A stretch of DNA of 64,000 nt, taken from the NCBI GenBank assembly GCA_951406725.2, contig OX597830.1, forward strand, positions 46,686,001-46,750,000, read 5' to 3'. The notes beneath the pieces are model-generated. The model was not told the origin of the DNA and searched no databases. It saw only the letters and a program-made list of their open reading frames with translations. Shown here one piece after another: positions 1 to 12,283 of this stretch. Position 1 is the stretch's first letter, and each line of letters opens with the position of its first letter. The position numbers and the translations under genes are program-made. Source of the stretch: Octopus vulgaris (taxonomy: Eukaryota).

Positions 1-192
1 TATAATTAGGGCTTAGTAAAATAAATTACTTATTTTACTGTTTTTGCCTCCATATCTTCGTGAGTTACTTTTGAGTAAACATTATCTGAGAGAAATTTTC
101 TTAAAGTAGTGGAAATGGCTAAAAAACTTTTTGGCTACTATTTCTAGAAAGTTCAGTATGTGGCAAAGTAATTTATTTTACTAAGCCCTAAT

Positions 193-196
<4 letters not shown>
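1..196. mobile_element. Short non-autonomous element with 31-bp terminal inverted repeats, abutting a (TA)n tract
   Basis: 1-31 TATAATTAGGGCTTAGTAAAATAAATTACTT is the exact reverse complement of 166-196. (TA)n follows at ~198-262. Confidence 0.75.
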
Positions 197-266
<70 letters not shown>

Positions 267-729
267 ATACCTACGTGCATACACACATAATGCAGTACTT
301 GCAGTAACCCATTTTCCTTGACCCCCACCCCACCATCACCCCGCTAAATATTCGCCTTCAGAAAAGTTTCCGTATTCACAAGAAAATTGTGATGACCGAC
401 CACAAAGGTAATAAAGCGTTTGTATATTTATACAATTCCATCGTTAGCAATTCCTACGTTTGTTTTGTTAAAATGTTCGGGAGGCAGCTGCGAGGATAAT
501 TACTGAAGTCGAGTTTTCCGAAACAATGGGATAATGAAATAGAAAATGTAATTAAATCATTGAATAGAAGTTTAGCAATCGGAGCCTTATTGGATCACAA
601 ATATTCTTTTCTATATGTTTATATATTTATTTATTAAAAACATAACGAAAACCTTGAATATATCAGCAAATTTAGGAAATATTTAATGCAAATGGCAATT
701 AAAATAGTTTCTTTTTCAATAAAATTAAC

Positions 730-1134
730 TCTCTCTCTTTTACTCTTTTACTTGTTTCAGTCATTTGACTGCGGCCATGCTGGAGCACCGCCTTTAGTCG
801 AGAAAATCGACCCCGAAACTTATTCTTTGTAAGCCCAGTACTTATTCTATCGGTCTCTTTTGCCGAACCGCTAAGTGACGGGACGTAAACACACCAGCAT
901 CGGTTGTCAAGCAATGCTAGGGGGACAAACACAGACACACAAACACACACATACATATACATACATATATACGACAGGCTTCTTTCAGTTTCCGTCTACC
1001 AAATCCACTCACAAGGCATTGGTCGGCCCGGGGCTATAGCAGAAGACACTTGCCCAAGATGCTACGCAGTGGGACTGAACCTGGAACCATGTGGCTGGTT
1101 AGCAAGCTACTTACCACACAGCCACTCCTGCGCC
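730..1134 (-). mobile_element. tRNA-derived SINE, family A, full length
   Basis: Minus strand starts GGCGCAGGAGTGGCTGTGTGGTAAG with a B-box-like GGTTCAGTCCC, has an internal (TA/CA) tract, and ends GAAACAAGTAAAAGAG. More than 10 homologous copies in the window. Confidence 0.9.
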
Positions 1135-1329
1135 TAACTGATTAATATAAGTATGAAAATGATCCGTTTCACATTTTCTAGCAACGTGTTCAATATTTTC
1201 AATATTTTGTGAAGGAATGTCTCTGTCAAGCGGGGAAATAATATTAACTGAATTATTTACTATTAAATGCTCGTAATCCATATTGTTAACACAATGATTT
1301 CAAATATTGGTAAAAGCAAGCAAATTTAG

Positions 1330-1503
1330 GGGTTGCGGTAAGTCGGTTACATTGACCCCAGTGTTCAACTGGTATCTAATTTATCGACTTTGAGAGGATG
1401 ATAGTCGATTTCGGTCGCATTTAAACTCAGAACGTAAAGAGCCGAAAGATGTGCTGCTAAGCATTTTGACCGACGTGCTAACGATTCGACCCGCTCGCTG
1501 CCT
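1330..1503 (-). mobile_element. Degenerate SINE family B copy
   Basis: Diverged match to 42518-42747 (AACTCAGAACGTAAAG...CGTGCTAACGATT...CTCGCTGCC). Confidence 0.7.
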
Positions 1504-2756
1504 TTGTTGCAAGCATAATTCATGCTCGCCGCCATATTGCAAACATAATACTCACACCAACATTCTTTTTTTCCCCCGAGTACACCATTAACGATAATTT
1601 GCCAACTACTTAAAAAGAAAAAAAAAATGGCACTACAAGAAATAATACAAATAATGCTTTCTACTCGAAATGATTAAAGAGAAATGACCCTGTTTAATTC
1701 GCCACTCAAATATTTTTGTATCGAAGTAAAACAAAATGGAAAAGCAGTTTAATACTGTTCATAAAATATTCATAACGTAGATTTTTTTTATATTTTACAA
1801 ATTCAGAAATGTGATAAATAAAAAAAAAATATTTTCAAGTTATGAAAAGCAACACTTATTTTTCAAAGCTCCGGTTATTACCTTTTTTACTGATTTTGTC
1901 GCATCATTTTGGCTATCGCAGCTAATTGCAAAACATAAGGGGGAAAAAAACACAGCAAAGCAGAATATTCGAAGATAGTAAAATAGGGAAGAAAGTATTC
2001 TGGAAGTTACTAAGTTGCTCTTTGCAACTTAAAAATAAAAATAAAACCACGAGACAAGCAGACCTTAATAATGCAATAAGTGAATTGCCGAAAACTAAAA
2101 TAAGAAAAATTGAATCACTACCAGACGACATTATTAAAAAGTGACATAAAAATATTTCTATGATCAAATAATTTTTATTGTAAATGGATGAATCAAGTGA
2201 TATTATCGAAGCAGCATAAAACGTGCATTTGTTCTGGAATTCTGTTTTGATGATTGATTGCATTGTTAAAGAAAATTTGATAAAAAAAGACTGCCATTAA
2301 AAGGAAAATCTGATGAAAAAGTTTTTGACGAATCATTTTAAAAAGAAGACAAATTTTACAGTTTAATATTTCAGAAGTTGGTATCAGCCGCTACAAATGG
2401 TGAACTGAGAACGATTGTCGCAACTGCAAAAAAAAAAAAAAAAAAAAAAAAAATCCCGAATTTTCGAATAATATAGATAGCACAATATTATTTATCAACA
2501 AGTGTTGTACGAAAAGTCAGCAAAAATTAAAGGAGTGTTAAAAACAGTACAAACAATTGTGACCTCATTTATGACGAAGTCTATCCAGACATTTCCTAAG
2601 AAGCATCGATTCTAGTCATGGAGATTTGTCCCTGCATACAAAAAACTGTTGACAAAATAAAGAAAAGTGTTAGAATGATTAATGAACATTTGGCCAGACA
2701 TTGGCAACCGGACGTCATAAACTGGTCATGAGGTTTAACGTTTTAAACAGATGTGA

Positions 2757-2845
2757 CTATGGCACTGATTTGTAGATCAAAAAATAAGACCGTGGCACTG
2801 TTTTGTAGATCAACGAATAAGACCATGGCACTGCTTTCCTAGATG
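2757..2845 (+). repeat. 33-bp tandem repeat (~2.6 copies) inside the hAT remnant
   Basis: TGGCACTGxTTTGTAGATCAAxxAATAAGACCx is repeated. Confidence 0.75.
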
Positions 2846-2959
2846 AAATGTTCGATCATTATTTTAAAATTTGAAAAGCAACCAAGGAAACATTCGATTA
2901 AATTAACACTTATATAAATTCAAAATTTATATTAAAATTTATAGAAACTCTAGAAAGGA

Positions 2960-3295
2960 ATTGGTCAGTGGTTAGAGTAGCGAGTTCACAATCAGGAAGT
3001 AGTGAGTTCGATTCCCGAAGAGGGATGTGTATTGTGTTCTTGAGCAAAACACTTTATTTCCCGTGTCTCTAGATCACTCATCCGTTGAAATGAGTTGCAA
3101 CATCACTGGTGCGAAACTGCATCGGCCTCTTTGCCTTTCCCTTGGACAACATCGGCGGCGTGGAGAGGGGAGGCTGGTATGCAGGGGTGACGGATGGTCT
3201 TCCATAAAAAACAACCGTGCCCAAACTTGTGCCTTGGAGGGGAACTTTCTAGGTGCAATCTCTTGGTCATTCATGACCGAGGCGAGTCCTTTCCC
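2960..3295 (+). mobile_element. tRNA-derived SINE, family D (single copy here)
   Basis: A-box-like TGGTCAGTGGTTAGAG and B-box GAGTTCGATTCCC, then GTGTTCTTGAGCAAAACACTT. It interrupts the hAT remnant. Confidence 0.7.
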
Positions 3296-3492
3296 TGATT
3301 TTGATCAACTATAAACAATACTGACATTTTTCACGTCTCTTCATCGAAGTTGATGTAGAAGAAATTTATACAGGAACAGAAGTTACGTTCAACTTAAATT
3401 CGCCAAATGTAGAACTGAATCGATTGTGTTACATTGCTACTGAATTAAAACGAAGACACTAAGATTTCAATTATTGGTATTTAGCTTCAGTT

Positions 3493-3880
3493 AAGGCGGC
3501 GAGCTGGCAGAAACGTTAGCACGCCGGGCGAAATGCTTAGCGGTATTTCGTCTGCCGTTATGTTCTGAGTTCAAATTCCGCCGAGGTCGACTTTGCCTTT
3601 CATCCTTTCGGGGTCGATAAATAAAGTACCAGTTACGCACTGGGGCCGATGTAATCGACTTAATCCGTTTGTCCTCTCTGTGTTTAGCCCCTTGTGGTTA
3701 GTAAAGAAATAGGTATTTCGTCTGCCGTTCCGTTCTGAGTTCAAATTCCGCCGAGGTCGACTTTGCCTTTCATTATTTCGGGGTTGATTAAATAAGTACC
3801 AGTTGCGCACTGGCGTCGTTGTAATCGACCTAATCCGTTTGTCTGTCCTTGTTTGTCCCCTTGTGGGTAGTAAAGAAATA
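3493..3880 (+). mobile_element. SINE family B, head-to-tail 1.8-mer with 17-bp target-site duplication
   Basis: Starts GGCGGCGAGCTGGCAG with B-box GAGTTCAAATTCC. A second unit restarts at ~3712. TSD GGTATTTAGCTTCAGTT at 3476-3492 and 3881-3897. Confidence 0.9.
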
Positions 3881-5039
3881 GGTATTTAGCTTCAGTTGAT
3901 AGATAGCTTATTATCGAAAATATTGTATTGATATCGAATGTATATTTTCCTTTCACATATCTTGCTGAAGTATTATTCTTGTGCATAATGCAGTAAAATC
4001 TAAAACAAGAACTGCTTCAATAAGCGAGCTCTAGAAAATTTCTTATTTCTGCGTTATCAAATTGTATCGAAATAGGTGGTAGATCTGATTAAGCAATATT
4101 AGCTAAAAATACTAGCGTGGTTGATTTTTAAGTAAATATTAAAAAAACAAATCTATTCTTACAAATAAATGCATGCAATAAATAATTGACGTACAATTGA
4201 GCCAGAGTTAATTTTAAAAGATTAAACAAAATATTGTTGATTATTAGAGTAGATTTCTTGATTTCATTAACCACTATTTTTACAAGAATGATTTTTTAAA
4301 ACTTTTAATTTTTGTTTGAGATGGAAAACTTTATTTTCTGCACTTAACATGCAGCACTGACGTCTGACAGTTATCTATAAATAGATTCAGGGCACACTTT
4401 TACTAGGTAGAGTACCAAGATCATAATTCTGATTATTTTAGTTGAACGAATCTTAATAAAAACAGTGAAAAAGTTTGGAGCCATTAAGAGATTATAAAAT
4501 TAAAAATAGTTTTTCACTATCGAAAGTTTGGCTGGCCCTAAGCTAAGTAATTCCATGAAGCAACAAGATTGTTCGAAAATAATGCAACACCTCCGGATTA
4601 TCTTACTTCAATAATTCTCTCTAACTCTTATTTCATAACTATTTAAAATAACAATTGGAACAACATCATCATCATCATCATCATCATCGTCGTCGTCGTC
4701 GTCATTAGCAACAGCAGCTGTATTATATGATTAGCTGACATGCACTGGTTCTATTTTAGTATTAGACCGACGGAATACATAAAGTCACATTTTAAATGAC
4801 AACAAAATAGACGAATTCATAATATGCAAAATCCAATTTAGTAAATAAGTTTATGTTAACGAAAGAAAATCGCCAGAAAACAAAAAATTTATCGTCTGCG
4901 TTATTATAACTTGTAATAGAAATATATTTATATTAAGGTAAAGGACAACATCAAAGTAGTTTTTATTAATGCGGATTTATAGTTTTTATTAAGAAAGTAT
5001 TGGATTTTGGATAAGTAAATACATTTATCGAATTTGTTC

Positions 5040-5253
5040 CTTTTATCTGTTACTTGTTTTAGTCATTAACCCGCGGCCATGCTGGGGCACTGCCGTGAAG
5101 AATTTCAGTCGAATGAATCGACCTCAGTGCTTCTGTTTTAAAGCCTGGGACTTATTCTATCGGAGTCTTTTACCAAACCACTAAGTTACGGAGGCGTAGA
5201 CCCATCAACACTGGTTGTCAAGCGGTAGTGGGGTACAAATACTAACACACACG

Positions 5254-5312
<59 letters not shown>

Positions 5313-5436
5313 CAGACTTCTTTCAGTTTCCGTCTATCAAATCCACTCACAAGGCTTTGGTCGACACGCAGTGGGACAGAACCTGGAACCATATAGTTGG
5401 GAAGCAAGCGTCTTACCATACGAACATGCTTGCGCC
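5040..5436 (-). mobile_element. SINE family A
   Basis: Homologous to 730-1134, with an internal (CA)n expansion and a small deletion. Confidence 0.85.
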
Positions 5437-5501
5437 TATCAGTGTGTCTCTATGTGTCTACATTTATATATGTAGTGATATGCAGCCGTAATATGGATGT
5501 C

Positions 5502-6770
5502 TCAGGTGATCCCATAAGTCGTGTCCGATTTTACCTTTTTTAAAATTGAAAGAAATTTAATAGTATTTTAGAATGTCTAATGGAATTAAAAATTATTTTT
5601 ATGCATTTGTGTACATTTAAACTAATTAAACATTATTTTACAGAATAATAGGATTAAAATGTCTTTGATTAAAACCTTTTCTAACATGGAAGTATCCAAA
5701 AAGCATTTGAGGCACATATAATGCTTTATGAGTACAAAAAAGGAAACTCTGCAGTCGAAGCGACTCGAAACATACACTCAGTTTATGGGAAAGAATGCTT
5801 GAATGAAAGACCTTGCAGAAGATGGTTTGCAAAATTCAGAAGTGGAGATTTCAGCCTTGAAGATGAAGATCGAACAGGACATCCAGTTGAGTTTGATGAT
5901 AAGCTCCTTGTGGCATTACTTGAAGGAAATCCTGCATTATCAGTTGAAGAATTGGCAATAAAGCTTACTTCAAACTATACAACTGTTCATCGTCATCTTC
6001 AACAACATGAAAAGGTTCCTAAACTTGGAAAATGAGTGCCCCGTGAATTGTCTGAAAACAACCACAAATCCAGAGTTGACATCTGCTCTTCTCTCCATTC
6101 TCGCGAACTCATTTCACCCTTTTTGGATAGACTTGTGACTGGTGACGAAAAATGGATCTTCTATCGAAATGTTAAATGTCGTAAACAGTGGCTTGGTAAA
6201 AGGGAAAAAGCTCAACCACAACTGAGAAGGGAACTTCATGGGAAAAAGACTCCTCACTCTATCTGGTGGGATTGCAAAAGAGTAATTCACTTTGAATTGT
6301 TACCACCTAATGCAACAATGACTGCTCAAGTCTACTGTCAGCAATTAGAACGTTTGAACCAAACTTTGAAGAAAAAAAGACCCGCTTTAGTGAATCGAAA
6401 AGGAGTGATGTTTCATCAGGAAAATGCACGACCCCACGCTGCAAAGATCACATCACAGAAGGTCGAAGAGCTTGGCTGGGAAAAAATTCCTCATCCACCT
6501 TATTCTCCCGACCTTGTTCCTTCAGACTACCATTTGTTTCGTAGTTTACAGAATCATTTGGGGGACATAATTTTCTCAAGCCAGGAGGAGGTCGAAACTG
6601 ACATTTCAGAGTTCTTCGCTTTGAAACTAAAAGAATTTTACATTGATGGGATTAAAAAGCTTGTAAAAAGATGGAAGGAAGTCATAGATAATCAGGGAAA
6701 GTGCATTGATGATTAAATTTCAGTTGTTTTCTTTATTCAAAATTCGGACAGAATTTATGGTATGACCTGA
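5502..6770 (+). mobile_element. Near full-length mariner DNA transposon
   Basis: Imperfect ~29-bp TIRs (TCAGGTGATCCCATAAGTCGTGTCCGATT / AATTCGGACAGAATTTATGGTATGACCTGA), TA after the right end, ~1.27 kb long. Confidence 0.92.
5686..6716 (+). pseudogene. mariner DD34D transposase pseudogene
   Basis: HTH region, then *VPRELS (TGG>TGA in WVPxEL), TGDEKW, HQENARPH (catalytic D>E) and YSPDLVPSDYHLF with 34-residue spacing. Frameshift near the ATG at 5686. Confidence 0.92.
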
Positions 6771-7753
6771 TATATATAAGTGTATGTATGTATGTGTGTG
6801 TGTTAAAGTGTGGTTTAATACATCCATTCAACGTATGGGATTAAATCTGTGTGTCTGCACTGAGAAGCATTCTTCGTATAGAATAATTGTCAGTAACACC
6901 ATGGGTATTAATGAGAATTCTCTTGAATACTCAAGAAGATATGAACCTCATCACGTTTAGAGACTTCAGTTAATTAAAACAATCACTCTAAAGTGAAGTT
7001 TTGTTCTATAGAAATAAGATGTCTGTCGTGAGTACACTGTTTGAATCGGTTGTTTTTGGTAGTCTAACACGTTTAGGAATATTAACATTTTACAAACTCA
7101 CCGATGATAACTTTATTACACATACACACACGTCTGTTTCTTGTTGGATCCATTGCTAAATCGCCATTTTGTGATAATTTCTGTTGCATTGTTGATGCCA
7201 TTAAAATCAAAAGAGAAATTGCTTCTGCTTCGATCAAATGTTGTTGTTATTGCTATGGTTGTGTTTGATGTTTATTATTATTGTTTTTATTGTTGGTGTC
7301 TCTTTAGTAACAACAACCGCAACAATTTCATTAAATAAACAAATAAATGACAAGTAAGATGACATAAAAAAGAAAATATCGTAAAATAGATTTTCATATT
7401 TTTCCTAATTTCGAATTTGTGTTCGTATTTTGAACGCAGTTCATTAGTTGCCGTTCGATGCGTACACAGCCACATATACACTCGCAAATATGCACCCCTG
7501 CACACAGCTATATTATACAATTGCTACGTATGTACATTGCGGATCGATGCATATCTACATAGAGACATAATTACTGATCGATACAGGCGCACGTGCTTAG
7601 CTGAGATGTACTCTCTAATACATCCACATGCAGATATAAATACGCTAATATACACACGTATGTATACACATATGTAAATAATTATCTGTCTATATTTCTG
7701 TGCACGTAAAATCAGAAATATGTTCTTTGTGAATACACACACACACACACACA

Positions 7754-7790
<37 letters not shown>

Positions 7791-7817
7791 ACACACACAC
7801 ACACGTACACACACACA

Positions 7818-7855
<38 letters not shown>

Positions 7856-7860
<5 letters not shown>

Positions 7861-8091
7861 ATCCCTCGCCATATTGCGGTTCACCTATCGCGGTTCACCT
7901 ATCGCGGTTCACCTATTGCGGTTTATTGTTTAAGCTTACGTCGATTCCTCCGTGGTGGCGTTTTGCATTTGTAATAAAATAAATATGTACAAATTATAAA
8001 AAATATACAGTACAGTTCTGTTTTTACTTCGCAGATTTTCACCTACCGCAGAGGGTTTCGGAACGTAACTCCCGCGTTAGTCGAGGGATTA

Positions 8092-8094
<3 letters not shown>
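7856..8094. mobile_element. Tigger/pogo-type MITE
   Basis: TIRs AGTAATCCCTCG ... CGAGGGATTACTG followed by TA. Internal 14-bp repeats CGCGGTTCACCTAT. Lies between (CA)n and (TA)n. Confidence 0.75.
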
Positions 8095-8152
<58 letters not shown>

Positions 8153-8239
8153 TAAGAAAGTTTGTTTGGTAAAGCACGTGGGTGAATATATAAGAAAATA
8201 GTAAAGTGTGAAAAAACGACAGAAGGCTTAAATGTTAAA

Positions 8240-8778
8240 AAATATATATATTTGTGTCAAAATGTCTGGAGAATATTGGAAAAATTTTTTTCCTTTCCTT
8301 CAAATGACATAATTTTAAAATTTTTAAAGAAATTACCGGTTTCGCGTGTAGCTTTTCAAATTTCTTGTGACGTTATGTTTATATTGCATGGAGTTATCGT
8401 TGTGTTTATTTTCAGGAGATTTCTAAATAAGGGGGGTATTGAGTGATTTCTTCCGGTGTAAGGGAGATAATCGCTTAAATTTTTTTTTTCCCTTTCCCTT
8501 GTTAATTTCTCTGTGTCAGTATGTTCGGATGGTTTTTCCCTTTCCCTTGTTAATTTCTCTGTGTCAGTATGTTCGGATGGTTGAGTCTGGGTTTGTACTT
8601 TTCAATGAAGAATGTTTCCTTGTTCAGTCTCATTTGTGTTGATGATCCGAAAGCACATTGGTAAAATGGGAAGATTAAAAATTGTGGCAGTAGTTGCTTT
8701 GCGCATTTCTCAATGTGCTCACTAAAAGGTATCATTCTATATTCTGGGAATGCAATCTGTTGTCGATGCAGTGTGCAT
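8240..8778 (-). mobile_element. 5'-truncated Penelope-like element: C-terminus of GIY-YIG endonuclease plus 3' UTR
   Basis: Minus frame reads [23 protein letters not shown]...FLIFPFYQ...RLNKETFFIEKYKPRLN, a typical PLE GIY-YIG tail. (TA)n on both sides. A 49-bp tandem duplication at ~8486-8582. Confidence 0.75.
8327..8366 (-). ncRNA. Minimal type I hammerhead ribozyme, U3-A8 core variant
   Basis: AAGAAAU-UUGAAAA-GC-UACAC-GC-GAAA-CCGG-UA-AUUUCUU: 7-bp helix I, 2-bp helix II, palindromic helix III loop, GUA triplet. Confidence 0.65.
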
Positions 8779-8796
8779 ATATATGTATATATATGT

Positions 8797-8853
<57 letters not shown>

Positions 8854-8856
<3 letters not shown>

Positions 8857-9040
8857 AAAATGTGACCGCGTGTTGGCGATTTTTTCCATCCGTCTCCCCT
8901 TCCTTGGATCTTTCCTTTTCCTATGTTTCTGATGAAGAGCTCCGCTCGAAACGTTAAATCCTCCTTTCTTTCCTTTTCTGAGCGTCCAATAACACGTTGT
9001 TGTGTTTTCTCTTTGTGGTTTCATGTTTGGATTAACTTTA
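8854..9040 (+). mobile_element. Short (TA)n-embedded element carrying a hammerhead motif (PLE pseudo-LTR/retrozyme-like)
   Basis: Flanked by (TA)n on both sides. A homologous inverted copy lies at 23801-23990. Confidence 0.7.
8926..8958 (+). ncRNA. Minimal type I hammerhead ribozyme motif
   Basis: UUU-CUGAUGA-A-GAGC-UCC-GCUC-GAAA-CG-UU-AAA. AACGUU is palindromic, which would allow helix III to form in a dimer. Confidence 0.7.
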
Positions 9041-9506
9041 TATATATATATATCACACACATAGGTACATACATTGTTTACTTTATTTGTGTGCTGATGC
9101 ATGAAGGAACATTTAGAAGCATGGTTGTATAAGGTTTGAATATAAATGCATGAGCAGACCCATGGTGGAAGTCAACTGGTGGCCTAATAAAATCACCTCC
9201 GAAGCTCAGCATGTTCATGCAAATGTTTTGAGAGTCCAACAAGTTCCTCTGTGTGGATATGTTTTGAGTGGATTCAGTGTTGCAAGATAGTGAACCTACT
9301 TTACGGTAGCTGAACCGAAGCTGAGACAACCAGAAACCGACACCACTTCAGGTTTCTTTTTTTTGATTTATACAAGTTTATCTTCTAGAAAGAAGTTCTA
9401 ATGAGAACTAGGGCTCCTTCACTCCCAGTGATCCACATGCAAGTTAACTCATAGCTGGGACCCTAACAGGTGCTACTACCGGGTTCAGAGTATACCTGTG
9501 AACAAT

Positions 9507-9664
9507 ACCTACCTACCTACCTACCTACCTACCTACCTACCTACCTACCTACCTACCTACCTACCTACCTACCTACCTACCTACCTACCTACCTACCTAC
9601 CTACCTACCTACCTACCTACCTACCTACCTACCTACCTACCTACCTACCTACCTACCTACCTAC
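9507..9664. repeat. (CTAC)n microsatellite
   Basis: About 39 perfect units. Confidence 0.97.
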
Positions 9665-9879
9665 TTTCCAAGATACCAACATTCGGGACATTTGACTGGT
9701 TTACAGAGGAAATCCATTCAATAGAAACTGAAATCTCCAAGATATGACGAGTGGAAACTTCAGCAGAAACAGTGATATGGAGAGGCTCTACCGAAGAAGA
9801 GATGAAGGAGGTGGAAGCTTGAGATCGTTGCAGACAGCCTCCCAATGTCGTATGGTCCCTCTCAAATAGCACTTCTTCT

Positions 9880-9881
9880 TC

Positions 9882-9951
<70 letters not shown>

Positions 9952-9973
9952 GCAGCAGCAGCAGCAGCAGCAG
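9880..9973. repeat. (CAA)n(CAG)n microsatellite
   Basis: Read directly. Confidence 0.95.
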
Positions 9974-10549
9974 AAATAAATACATAAAAACAGTACTAAG
10001 AAGCGAAGCGAACAACTTCCTACGTACCAGCAGTGAGTTCCCCCGGGAAGCACTCTCCACCTGACCCTCTCCCATGCAATCCCAAAACATCTGGACTAAC
10101 GTACCTCAAAGAAGACCTGGATGTGAAACGCTCAGCATAGCAAAAGAAAACAAAAAAAACAAACAAACAATAAAACAAGATAACAACCACGACAAAAAAA
10201 CAAAACCCAAAACCCCAACTATGGGTGCGTTTCTCGAAGCCTTGAAGAGGACATTAATATCGACATGGGGTGCAGTCTCTGTTTGACTCGCGACCGCTTG
10301 ATCCCACTTCGAAGGCACTTGCACTTGCACCCCAAGAACAGGAAATTTGTTTCAAAATACCTAATAAACGAAGAAAACAAAGAAGCCCTTGCACTCCCTA
10401 AATACAACCGAAAAAAGGTAGATTACGTCACGTTTCTCTGGAAGACATGACGCATGTGGCCAGCAGCCCCCCACCCAAGATGTTAATAAAATGCTACCAC
10501 GACGTTCTACAATGTCATCCGCAAAAGGACTTCCTCAGAATGAAAGATA

Positions 10550-10951
10550 GGCGCAGGAGTGGCTGTGTGGTAAGTAGCTTGCTAACCAACCACATGGTTC
10601 CGGGTTCAGTCCACTGCGTGGCATCTTGGGCAAGTGTCTTCTGCTATAGCTCCGGGCCGACCAATGCCTTGTGAGTGGATTTGGTAGACGGAAACTGAAA
10701 GAAGCCTGTCGTATATATATATGTATGTGAGTGTGTTTGTGTGTCTGTGTTTGTCCCCCTAACATTGCTTGACAACCGATGCTGGTGTGTTTACGTCCCC
10801 GTCACTTAGCAGTTCGGCAAAAGAGACCGATAGAATAAGTACTAGGCTTACAAAGAATAAGTCCCGGGGTCGATTTTCTCGACTAAAGGCGGTGCTCCAG
10901 CATGGCTGCAGTCAAACGACTGAAACAAGTAAAAGAGTAAGAGTAAAGAGT
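10550..10951 (+). mobile_element. SINE family A, full length
   Basis: GGCGCAGGAGTGGCTGTGTGG...GAAACAAGTAAAAGAGTAAGAG. Confidence 0.92.
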
Positions 10952-11448
10952 ATAGAAAACTCTTCCGTCATACATTTGTAACATTTCCATCAAAACTTAT
11001 CAGGCGCAAACATAACAAACTGTTTGGGAAAGACAAGGAAAAGTAGGTACCCTCATTGCTGTCCGGCTGATGTGAATCTCTTCGAGAATCAAAGAGAAAA
11101 AAAATTCCTACAGACAATTGCTTCAAAACTTCAGCTTCGATAACCAGATTATAAATTCCCATTTATACCAATAATAATCACTGCATTTGGTTTATCTGGA
11201 TAAGCGAGGGTGGAACAGTAGAAATATGCATTGCTTTTCTTAAGTTCCAAACGTGAATTTGTTACGACGGAGCTCCGTGTCTTTGTTAGAAACCAGATCT
11301 TTCTTTACAAGACGATTTCTGAGGATTAAAAATAAGAGAACATAAATATATTCTGTCTGTCTGTCTCTCTGTCTCTCTCTATCTCACTCACACGCACGCA
11401 CACAAATAAATATTCCCGAACATGTATCTACACTTCACTTTAGCTATT

Positions 11449-11606
<158 letters not shown>

Positions 11607-11654
11607 GTTTGTCAGTCTCCTCGCCTGCCTGCCTGTCTGTCTGTAGATCTTTTT

Positions 11655-12082
11655 ATCTTTTACCTTTTCCTTGTTTCAGTCATTAGACTGCGGCCATGCT
11701 GGAGCAACGTCTTGAAGAACTTTTAGTCGAATGAATCAACTCCTGTCCTTATTTCTTTTAAAGCCTGGTACTTATTGTATTGTTCTCTTTTGGCCGAACC
11801 GTTAAGTTTCGGGGTCGTAAACAAACCAGCACCGGTTGTCACGTGGTGGTAGGGGACAACACACAGACACAAAAACACACAAACACGCGCGCGCACGAAT
11901 ACACACACGCACACATATATACGACGGAGTTTTCTGTTTCCGTCTAACAAACCCACTCACACGGGGCTTTGGTCGGCCCAAGACAATAGAGGAAGATACT
12001 TTCCCAAGATGCCACACTGTGGGATTGAACCTGGAACCATGTGGTTGGGAAGCAAGCTTCTTACCACACAGCCACGCCGGCG

Positions 12083-12084
<2 letters not shown>
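11655..12084 (-). mobile_element. SINE family A
   Basis: Homologous to 10550-10951. Confidence 0.85.
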
Positions 12085-12130
<46 letters not shown>

Positions 12131-12134
12131 TGTA

Positions 12135-12177
<43 letters not shown>

Positions 12178-12245
12178 GCGTATAATAGGGATGACCTCTA
12201 AGTGGACATCCAATATGCTAGAAGAACATCACCTACGGTCTAACT

Positions 12246-12280
<35 letters not shown>

Positions 12281-12283
<3 letters not shown>

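Larger units (their letters stand above)
1900..4100 (+). pseudogene. Heavily decayed hAT-superfamily transposase (SPIN/GTF2IRD2-like), interrupted by SINEs
   Basis: Manual translation gives ordered hAT-like motifs: MDESSDI (~2184), VSAATNG (~2380, cf. TDGA), HNIIYQQVL (~2481, cf. HCIIHQ), GDLSLHT (~2620), LTF*TDVT (~2735), FTYLAEVLF and KSKTRT (~3950-4015, dimerisation domain). Many stops and frameshifts. Boundaries approximate. Confidence 0.65.

Noticed and set aside
9665-10545. Possible LINE ORF1 or host exon remnant
   Set aside because: Only short broken ORFs with no recognisable motif.
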